A DNA stretch of 64,000 bases from Eledone cirrhosa (taxonomy: Eukaryota), in NCBI GenBank assembly GCA_964016885.1, contig OZ024756.1:8308001-8372000 (forward strand), written 5' to 3'. Made by a program: the position numbers and the translations under genes. The notes below the pieces were generated by a model. That model saw only the letters and a list, made by a program, of their open reading frames with translations, searched no databases and was not told the DNA's origin. Position 1 is the stretch's first letter. Each line of letters begins with the position of its first letter. Shown here piece after piece: positions 15,001-24,941 of this stretch.

Positions 15001-18000
15001 TGTTGTCACCTATATGACTACTTTACAGTGAGGACTGGGTGCTATTTGTTGTCACCTACACGACCAGTTTACAGTGAGGACTGGGTGCTATTTGTTGTCA
15101 CCTACATGACCAGTTTACAGTGTGGACTGGGTGCTATTTGTTGTCACCTACACGACCAGTTTACAGTGAGGACTGGGTGCTATTTGTTGTCACCTACACG
15201 ACCAGTTTACAGTGAGGACTGGGTGCTATTTCTTGTCACCTACATGACCTGTTACAGTGAGGACTGGGTGCTATTTCTTGTCACCTACATGACCCCTTTA
15301 CAGTGTGGACTGGGTGCTATTTGTTGTCACCTACATGACCAGTTTACAATGTGGACTGGGTGCTATTTGTTGTCACCTACATGACCAGTTTACAATGACG
15401 AGTGGGTGCTATTTGTTGTCACCCACATGACCTGTTTACTGTGAGGACTGGGTGCTATTTGTTGTCACCTACATGACGAGTTTACAGTGAGGACTGGATG
15501 CTATTTGTTGTCACCTACACGACCAGTTTACAGTGGGGACTGGGTGCTATTTGTTGTCACCTACATGACTACTTTACAGTGAGGACTGGGTGCTATTTGT
15601 TGTCAACTACACGACCAGTTTACAGTGAGGACTGGGTGCTATTTGTTGTCACCTACACGACCAGTTTACAGTGTGGACTGGGTGCTATTTCTTGTCACCT
15701 ACATGACCAGTTTACAGTGTGGACTGGGTGCTATTTGTTGTCACCTACACGACCAGTTTACAGTGTGGACTGGGTGCTATTTGTTGTCACCTACACGACC
15801 AGTTTACAGTGTTGACTGGGTGCTATTTCTTGTCACCTACATGACCAGTTTACAGTGTGGACTGGGTGCTATTTGTTGTCACCTACATGACCAGTTTACA
15901 GAGAGGACTGGGTGCTATTTGTTGTCACCTACATGACCAGTTTACAGTGAGGACTGGGTGCTATTTGTTGTCACCTACATGAACAGTTTACAGTGAGGAC
16001 TGGGTGCTATTTCTTGTCACCTACATGACCAGTTTACAGTGAGGACTGGGTGCTATTTGTTGTCACCTACATGACCAGTTTACAGTGTGGACTGGGTGCT
16101 ATTTCTTGTCACCTACATGACCAGTTTACAGTGAGGACTGGGTGCTATTTGTTGTCACCTACATGACCAGTTTACAATGAGGACTGGGTGCTATTTGTTG
16201 TCACCTACATGACCTGTTTACAGTGTGGACTGGGTGCTATTTGTTGTCACCTACACGACCAGTTTACAGTGTGGACTGGGTGCTATTTGTTGTCACCTAC
16301 ATGACCAGTTTACAGTGTAGACTGGGTGCTATTTGTTGTCACCTACATGACCAGTTTACAGTGAGGACTGGGTGCTATTTGTTGTCACCTACATGACCAG
16401 TTTACAGTGTGGACTGGGTGCTATTTGTTGTCACCTACATGACCAGTTTACACTGAGGACTGGGTGCTATTTGTTGTCACCTACATGACCACTTTACAGT
16501 GTGGACTGGGTGCTACTTGTTGTCACCTACATGACCACTTTACAGTGTGGACTGGGTGCTATTCGTTGTCACCTACATGACCAGTTTACAGTGTGGACTG
16601 GGTGCTATTTGTTGTCGCCTACATGACCAGTTTACAGTGTGGACTGGGTGCTATTTGTTGTCACCTACATGACCAGTTTACAGTGAGGACTGGGTGTTAT
16701 TTGTTGTCACCTACACGACCACTTTACAGTGTGGACTGGGTGCTATTTGTTGTCACCTACATGACCAGTTTACAGTGAGGACTGGGTGCTATTTGTTGTC
16801 ACCTACATGACCAGTTTACAGTGAGGACTGGGTGTTATTTGTTGTCACCTACACGACCACTTTACAGTGTGGACTGGGTGCTATTTGTTGTCACCTACAT
16901 GACCAGTTTACAGTGAGGACTGGGTGCTATTTGTTGTCACCTACATGACCAGTTTACAGTGTGGACTGGGTGCTATTTGTTGTCACCTACATGACCAGTT
17001 TACAGTGAGGACTGGGTGCTATTTGTTGTCACCTACATGACCAGTTTACAGTGTGGACTGGGTGCTATTTCTTGTCACCTACATGACCACTTTACAGTGT
17101 GGACTGGGTGCTATTTCTTGTCACCTACATGACCAGTTTACAGTGTGGACTGGGTGCTATTTCTTGTCACCTACATGACCAGTTTACAGTGTGGACTGGG
17201 TGCTATTTGTTGTCACCTACATGACCAGTTTACAGTGAGGACTGGGTGCTATTTGTTGTCACCTACATGACCAGTTTACAGTGTGGACAGGGTGCTATTT
17301 GTTGTCACCTACATGACTCGTTTACAGTGAGGACTGGGTGCTATTTGTTGTCAGCTACATGACCACCTTACAGTGTGGACTGGGTGCTACTTGTTGTCAC
17401 CTACATGACCACTTTACAGTGTGGACTGGGTGCTATTTGTTGTCACCTACATGACCACTTTACAGTGTGGACTGGGTGCTATTTGTTGTCACCTACATGA
17501 CCAGTTTACAGTGAGGACTGGGTGCTATTTGTTGTCACCTACACGACCAGTTTACTGTGAGGACTGAGTGCTATTTGTTGTTACCTACATGACCAGTTTA
17601 CAGTGAGGACTGGGTGCTATTTGTTGTCACCTATATGACTACTTTACAGTGAGGACTGGGTGCTATTTGTTGTCACCTACACGACCAGTTTACAGTGAGG
17701 ACTGGGTGCTATTTCTTGTCACCTACATGACCTGTTACAGTGAGGACTGGGTGCTATTTCTTGTCACCTACATGACCCCTTTACAGTGTGGACTGGGTGC
17801 TATTTCTTGTCACCTACATGACCAGTTTACAGTGAGGACTGGGTGCTATTTGTTGACACCTACATGACCAGTTTACAGTGAGGACTGGGTGCTATTTCTT
17901 GTCACCTACATGACCAGTTTACAGTGCGGACTGGGTGCTATTTGTTGTCACCTACATGACCAGTTTACAATGACGACTGGGTGCTATTTGTTGTCACCCA

Positions 18001-21000
18001 CATGACCTGTTTACTGTGAGGACTGGGTGCTATTTGTTGTCACCTACATGACGAGTTTACAGTGAGGACTGGATGCTATTTGTTGTCACCTACACGACCA
18101 GTTTACAGTGAGGACTGGGTGCTATTTGTTGTCACCTACATGACTACTTTACAGTGAGGACTGGGTGCTATTTGTTGTCACCTACACGACCAGTTTACAG
18201 TGAGGACTGGGTACCATTTGTTGTCACCTACACGACCAGTTTACAGTATGGACTGGGTGCTATTTCTTGTCACCTACATGACCAGTTTACAGTGTGGACT
18301 GGGTGCTATTTGTTGTCACCTACATGAACAGTTTACAGTGAGGACTGGGTGCTATTTCTTGTCACCTACATGACCAGTTTACAGTGAGGACTGGGTGCTA
18401 TTTGTTGTCACCTACATGACCAGTTTACAGTGTGGACTGGGTGCTATTTCTTGTCACCTACACGACCAGTTTACAGTGTGGACTGGGTGCTATTTGTTGT
18501 CACCTACACGACCAGTTTACAGTGTGGACTGGGTGCTATTTGTTGTCACCTACATGACCAGTTTACAGTGTAGACTGGGTGCTATTTGTTGTCACCTACA
18601 TGACCAGTTTACAGTGAGGACTGGGTGCTATTTGTTGTCACCTACATGACCAGTTTACAGTGTGGACTGGGTGCTATTTGTTGTCACCTACATGACCAGT
18701 TTACAGTGTGGACTGGGTGCTATTTGTTGTCACCTACATGACCAGTTTACACTGAGGACTGGGTGCTATTTGTTGTCACCTACATGACCACTTTACAGTG
18801 TGGACTGGGTGCTACTTGTTGTCACCTACATGACCACTTTACAGTGTGGACTGGGTGCTATTTGTTGTCACCTACATGACCACTTTACAGTGTGGACTGG
18901 GTGCTATTTGTTGTCACCTACACGACCAGTTTACAGTGAGGACTGGGTGCTATTTGTTGTCACCTACATGACCAGTTTACAGTGAGGACTGGGTGCTATT
19001 TGTTGTAACCTACACGACCAGTTTACAGTGTGGACTGGGTGCTATTTGTTGTCACCTACATGACTAGTTTACAGTGAGGACTGGGTGCTATTTGTTGTCA
19101 CCTACATGACCAGTTTACAGTGTGGACTGGGTGCTATTAGTTGTCACCTACATGACCAGTTTACAGTGTGGACTGGGTGCTATTTGTTGTCGCCTACATG
19201 ACCAGTTTACAGTGAGGACTGGGTGCTATTTGTTGTCACCTACATGACCAGTTTACAGTGAGGACTGGGTGCTACTTGTTGTCACCTACATGACCAATTT
19301 ACAGTGTGGACTGGGTGCTACTTGTTGTCACCTACATGTCCACTTTACAGTGTGGACTGGGTGCTATTTGTTGTCACCTACATGACCAGTTTACAGTAAG
19401 GACTGGGTGCTATTTGTTGTCACCTACATGACCACTTTACAGTGTGGACTGGGTGCTACTTGTTGTCACCTACATGACCACTTTACAGTGTGGACTGGGT
19501 GCTATTTGTTGTCTCCTACATGACCAGTTTACAGTGTGGACTGGGTGCTATTTGTTGTCACCTACATGACCACTTTACAGTGTGGACTGGGTGCTATTTG
19601 TTGTCACCTACATGACCAGTTTACAGTGAGGACTGGGTGCTATTTGTTGTCACCTACATGACCACTTTACAGTGTGGACTGGATGCTACTTGTTGTCATC
19701 TACATGACCACTTTACAGTGTGGACTGGGTGCTATTTGTTGTCACCTACATGACCAGTTTACAGTGAGGACTGGGTGTTATTTGTTGTCACCTACACGAC
19801 CACTTTACAGTGTGGACTGGGTGCTATTTGTTGTCACCTACATGACCAGTTTACAGTGAGGACTGGGTGCTATTTGTTGTCACCTACATGACCAGTTTAC
19901 AGTGTGGACTGGGTGCTATTTGTTGTCACCTACATGACCAGTTTACAGTGAGGACTGGGTGCTATTTGTTGTCACCTACATGACCAGTTTACAGTGTGGA
20001 CTGGGTGCTATTTCTTGTCACCTACATGACCAGTTTACAGTGTGGACTGGGTGCTATTTCTTGTCACCTACATGACCAGTTTACAGTGTGGACTGGGTGC
20101 TATTTCTTGTCACCTACATGACCAGTTTACAGTGTGGACTGGGTGCTATTTCTTGTCACCTACATGACCAGTTTACAGTGTGGACTGGGTGCTATTTGTT
20201 GTCACCTACATGACCAGTTTACAGTGAGGACTGGGTGCTATTTGTTGTCACCTACATGACCAGTTTACAGTGTGGACAGGGCGCTATTTGTTGTCACCTA
20301 CATGACCCGTTTACAGTGAGGACTGGGTGCTATTTGTTGTCAGCTACATGACCACCTTACAGTGTGGACTGGGTGCTACTTGTTGTCACCTACATGACCA
20401 CTTTACAGTGTGGACTGGGTGCTATTTGTTGTCACCTACATGACCACTTTACAGTGTGGACTGGGTGCTATTTGTTGTCACCTACATGACCAGTTTACAG
20501 TGAGGACTGGGTGCTATTTGTTGTCACCTACATGACCAGTTTACAGTGAGGACTGGGTGCTATTTGTTGTCACCTACATGACCAGTTTACAGTGTGGACT
20601 GGGTGCTATTTGTTGTCACCTACATGACCAGTTTACAGTGAGGACTGGGTGCTATTTGTTGTCACCTACATGACCAGTTTACAGTGTGGACTGGGTGCTA
20701 TTTGTTGTCACCTACATGACCAGTTTACAGTGAGGACTGGGTGCTATTTGTTGTCACCTACATGACCAGTTTACAGTGTGGACTGGGTGCTATTTCTTGT
20801 CACCTACATGACCAGTTTACAGTGAGGACTGGGTGCTATTTGTTGTCACCTACATGACCAGTTTACAATGAGGACTGGGTGCTATTTGTTGTCACCTACA
20901 TGACCTGTTTACAGTGTGGACTGGGTGCTATTTGTTGTCACCTACACGACCAGTTTACAGTGTGGACTGGGTGCTATTTGTTGTCACCTACATGACCAGT

Positions 21001-21364
21001 TTACAGTGTGGACTGCGTGCTATTTGTTGTCACCTACATGACCAGTTTACAGTGAGGACTGGGTGCTATTTGTTGTCACCTACATGACCAGTTTACAGTG
21101 TGGACTGGGTGCTATTTGTTGTCACCTACATGACCAGTTTACACTGAGGACTGGGTGCTATTTGTTGTCACATACATGACCACTTTACAGTGTGGACTGG
21201 GTGCTACTTGTTGTCACCTACATGACCACTTTACAGTGTGGACTGGGTGCTATTTGTTGTCACCTACATGACCACTTTACAGTGTGGACTGGGTGCTATT
21301 TGTTGTCACCTACATGACCAGTTTACAGTGTGGACTGGGTGCTATTTGTTGTCACCTACATGAC
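1..21364. repeat. 46-bp tandem satellite, left block (about 460 copies, runs off the window start); consensus TTTACAGTG(A/T)GGACTGGGTGCTATTTGTTGTCACCTACATGACCA(G/C)
   Basis: Direct 46-bp periodicity. The short ORFs in the track here are translations of the unit in rotating frames. Confidence 0.98.
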
Positions 21365-21475
21365 ATGGGAGAGAAAAATCTGGACGCTCAGAGCGAAAAT
21401 GCCAAAGTTAAAGTCAAATTCACCTCGTGGACGAGAATGCGAGCACTCCTCTTTGTTTCGTCCGCGGATGGCTAA
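21365..21475 (+). other. 36-aa upstream ORF (MGEKNLDAQ...SSADG*) overlapping the start of the main ORF in another frame
   Basis: ATG at the element's first base; its TAA (21473-21475) follows just after the ATG at 21468. A short overlapping upstream ORF is known in C. elegans RTE-1. Confidence 0.45.
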
Positions 21476-24400
21476 CATAACCCTATCTCCCCCCGCCCCC
21501 CACCACCCCCACCCTCCAAACGCAACCCAAAACTTCAGAGTTGGTACCATAAATGTAGGCACCCTAAAGGGTCGCGCTAACGAGGTTGTAGAAATGCTTG
21601 AACGTAAGGAGGTCGATGTTTGTTGTATTCAAGAGACCAGGTGGAGGGGTGGGTCTGCTAGATTCATTGAGGGTAAAAAACGATGTTATAAGCTTTTCTG
21701 GGTGGGAAACGACGATGGGCTGGGTGGAGTAGGAATCATGGTAGCAGAAAAGTGGGCAGATAAGATAATAGACGTAAATAGAGTGAACGACAGAATAATT
21801 AAAATAAGACTTGTCCTCAATAGAACTACGGTGACAGTAATATCTGCGTACGCACCCCAATCCGGACTGCCCGGCACTATAAAAGACAGATTCTATGAGA
21901 CACTGTTGCTAACTACCTCCCAAATATCTGACAGTGACTATATAATTATTGCAGGCGACCTAAATGGTCACGTTGGACAACATTGTGACGGCTACGACGA
22001 AATCCATGGAGGCTATGGGTTTGGTACTAGAAATGAGGAAGGCTCCAGAATCCTGGAATTCTGTGATGCAAATAACCTAACTATCTGTAACACTAACTTC
22101 AAAAAACGTGACAATCACCTGATCACCTATAGATCCGGGGAACACACAAGCCAGGTAGATTATATCCTTACCAGAAGACGTGACAGAGTGTCTGTTGTAA
22201 ACACTAAATCCCTCCCCCATGAAGAATGCACCTCCCAACATAGACTGATAATTAGCGACCTCATAGTCAGGACGAGACGTACTCGACAGCAGAAGAGGAC
22301 TATCCTCAGGAGGAAAATATGGAAACTAAAGGACCCCACAGCCAGAAATAAATTTCAAAGCATATTACTTGATGCTTTCGACAGTAAGGAAGAGCATCTA
22401 GAATCGGACAATATAGAGGGACAGTGGGAATTTCTGAAAGCAAACCTGCTGTTGGCGACAGACGAAGTCTGTGGCTGGAGCAGGCCTGTAGGTAGCAGGA
22501 GAGTAACATGGTGGTGGAACAGTAAGGTGGAGGGGTCAATTAAGGCCAAAAAGCAGGCTTGGAAAGTATGGCGGGATGGGGGAAGTAGAGAAGACTATCA
22601 AGTGGCCAGGAGGGAAGCTAGGAGAGAAGTGTACTTAGCAAGAAGGGAAGCTGAGGAAAGAAAGTTCAAGCATGTTCTACAACGCGATGACCAAAAACGT
22701 GAGGTGTTCAGGATTGCCAGGCAATGCGTCAAGGAAAACCGTGATATTGTCGGGGAGAAGTGTGTACTTAACGATGATGGCATACTTGCCATCACCGACA
22801 CTGATAAGAAGGTAGCTTGGAAGTGTCACTATGAAAGGCTACTAAATGAGGAGAATAAATGGGAGAAAGACAGTCTCCCCCATATCGACCCGATAGAGGG
22901 ACCAGCAGTGTTAGTCGAGGGGAGTATAATAAGTAAGGCAATCAAGGATATGAAGACGGGTAAGGCGGCTGGGCCTTCGGAAATAGTTGCTGAGATGCTG
23001 AAGGCATCTGGCACGGTGGGACACACCATGGTCACCCGCATAGTTAACCAAGTCGTACAGAATGGGGTTGTTCCGAAGGACTGGCATAGCAGCATCATCG
23101 TTAACTGTTATAAGGGTAAAGGAGACGCCCTAGATAGGAGTAACTATAGAGGCATTAAATTAATCGACCAGGTCATGAAGGTCACGGAAAAAGTAATAGC
23201 GCAACTAATCAGAGAGAGAATTGACCTAGATGAAATGCAGTTCGGGTTTGTGTCAGGCAAAAGCACCACAGACGCTCTTTTCATAGTACGACAACTACAG
23301 GAGAAGTACCTAGCTAAAGGTAAACCCCTCTACTTAGCTTTTGTCGACCTGGAGAAAGCCTTCGACAGAGTCCCCCGCTCCATTATCTGGTGGGCTCTTA
23401 GAAAACTAGGCGTTGACGAATGGCTTGTGAGGGCTATACAAGCCATGTATAAAGAAACAGTCAGCAAGGTTAGAATTAACAACGAATATAGTGAAGAGTT
23501 TAGCGTAAAAGTTGGCGTCCATCAGGGCTCTGTTCTCAGCCCCCTACTATTTATTATTGCCCTTCAGGCTATAACAGAGGAGTTCAAGACAGGCTGCCCA
23601 TGGGAACTCCTATACGCAGACGACCTGACACTCATAGCGGAATCAATGGCCGAGCTAGAGAAGAAATTCCAAACATGGAAGCACGGCCTAGAGTCAAAAG
23701 GACTTAAAATTAACCTGGCTAAGACCAAAGTTCTAGTTTGTAGGAAAGAAAACAAGGCGGCGGTCCCTTCTGGGAAATGGTCGTGCTCGGTATGTAGGAA
23801 AGGCGTAGGTAGAAACTCCATCTTATGTCCTAAATGCAAAGTATGGGTGCATAAAAGATGTAGTTGGATCACAGGTAAGCTAACTAAGAACATAGACTTT
23901 ACATGTGGCCGGTGTTCTGGTGCAATAAGTAGCAGCAAGTGCCCACAAAATACTAGCTCTTTCAATTGCGCAGAGGGTTCTATAGAAATAGTGGACAGCT
24001 TCCGTTACCTGGGCGATAAAATCAGCAGTGGGGGAGGGTGCTCTGAAAGTACTGTAGCTAGAGTCAGAACTGGTTGGAAAAAGTTCAGAGAGCTTATACC
24101 ACTATTAGCTGCTAAAGGGTTCTCCCTAAAAATGAAAGGCAGGTTGTACGATGCCTGCATACGAACAGCAATGTTGCATGGTAGTGAGACCTGGGCATTG
24201 TGTGCAGAGGATATACGCAGACTAGAGAGGAACGAAGCTTGCATGCTCCGCTGGATGTGTAACAGTAATATACGTGAACGGCAAAGCATAAACGAACTAA
24301 GGAAAAAATTAGAGATAAGAGGGATCAGATGTTGTTTACTCGAGAGAAGGTTGCGTTGGTATGGACACGTGATGCGCATGAAAGTCGATAGCTGTATTAC

Positions 24401-24581
24401 AAAGTGCAGGGCAATAAAGATAGACGGTAGCCACGGAATAGGCAGACCGAGAAAAACATGGGATGAGCTGATAAACTCCGACCTCACACACTTACACCTC
24501 TCCAAGACAATGTCACTGGACCGAGACCTTTGGCGGTACTCAGTAACAGAGAAGACCCGCCTTGCCAGTAGGCATCTCTAA
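21399..24581 (+). CDS. RTE LINE polyprotein: apurinic-like endonuclease, reverse transcriptase and internal C4HC3 zinc finger (first element-encoded in-frame ATG 21399; alternative ATG 21468)
   Basis: APE motifs GTINVGTL, CIQETRW, SAYAPQ, GDLNGH, VDYIL and SQHRL. RT motifs NYRGIKL, QFGF, FVDLEKAFDRV, GVHQGSVLSPLLF, LYADD and FRYLG. C-terminal RLRWYGHVMR and GRPRKTW are typical of RTE. Confidence 0.95.
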   Translation: MPKLKSNSPRGRECEHSSLFRPRMANITLSPPAPHHPHPPNATQNFRVGTINVGTLKGRANEVVEMLERKEVDVCCIQETRWRGGSARFIEGKKRCYKLFWVGNDDGLGGVGIMVAEKWADKIIDVNRVNDRIIKIRLVLNRTTVTVISAYAPQSGLPGTIKDRFYETLLLTTSQISDSDYIIIAGDLNGHVGQHCDGYDEIHGGYGFGTRNEEGSRILEFCDANNLTICNTNFKKRDNHLITYRSGEHTSQVDYILTRRRDRVSVVNTKSLPHEECTSQHRLIISDLIVRTRRTRQQKRTILRRKIWKLKDPTARNKFQSILLDAFDSKEEHLESDNIEGQWEFLKANLLLATDEVCGWSRPVGSRRVTWWWNSKVEGSIKAKKQAWKVWRDGGSREDYQVARREARREVYLARREAEERKFKHVLQRDDQKREVFRIARQCVKENRDIVGEKCVLNDDGILAITDTDKKVAWKCHYERLLNEENKWEKDSLPHIDPIEGPAVLVEGSIISKAIKDMKTGKAAGPSEIVAEMLKASGTVGHTMVTRIVNQVVQNGVVPKDWHSSIIVNCYKGKGDALDRSNYRGIKLIDQVMKVTEKVIAQLIRERIDLDEMQFGFVSGKSTTDALFIVRQLQEKYLAKGKPLYLAFVDLEKAFDRVPRSIIWWALRKLGVDEWLVRAIQAMYKETVSKVRINNEYSEEFSVKVGVHQGSVLSPLLFIIALQAITEEFKTGCPWELLYADDLTLIAESMAELEKKFQTWKHGLESKGLKINLAKTKVLVCRKENKAAVPSGKWSCSVCRKGVGRNSILCPKCKVWVHKRCSWITGKLTKNIDFTCGRCSGAISSSKCPQNTSSFNCAEGSIEIVDSFRYLGDKISSGGGCSESTVARVRTGWKKFRELIPLLAAKGFSLKMKGRLYDACIRTAMLHGSETWALCAEDIRRLERNEACMLRWMCNSNIRERQSINELRKKLEIRGIRCCLLERRLRWYGHVMRMKVDSCITKCRAIKIDGSHGIGRPRKTWDELINSDLTHLHLSKTMSLDRDLWRYSVTEKTRLASRHL

Positions 24582-24941
24582 CAAAATACACCCCGTCCCG
24601 CCACCACCCCCACCCCATCCACACCACCCCGTTCTATGTAAAGTTATGTTGGTGCCGCGCCATCCAGGCCGAAACAAATGAGATCGTGTAGGTGTCACGA
24701 CAAAAAAACACACAGTCCACGCTGTAATGTGGCCGTGTAGGCAACACGGTAAAAACCTCCCAGACCCACACTGTAAATGTGGTTGGTGTTAGGAAGGGCA
24801 TCCAACTGTAGAAAACCTGCCAGACAGTCCTATGCGAGCAAGACAATCACTCTTGCCTCAAGTGGGACTACCCCCGTCCAAACCCATGCAAGCGTGGAAC
24901 ACGGACGTTAAACGTTGATGATGATGATGATGATGATGATG

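Larger units (their letters stand above)
21365..24941 (+). mobile_element. Apparently intact RTE-clade non-LTR retrotransposon (LINE)
   Basis: One long uninterrupted APE-RT ORF, a 3' UTR of about 330 bp and a (GAT)n tail at about 24917-24941. Satellite flanks both sides, with ATGAC at both junctions. Confidence 0.95.

Noticed and set aside
21330-21398. N-terminal extension of the 1083-aa ORF
   Set aside because: It starts at a GTG inside the satellite and is a by-product of the junction, not the element's start.
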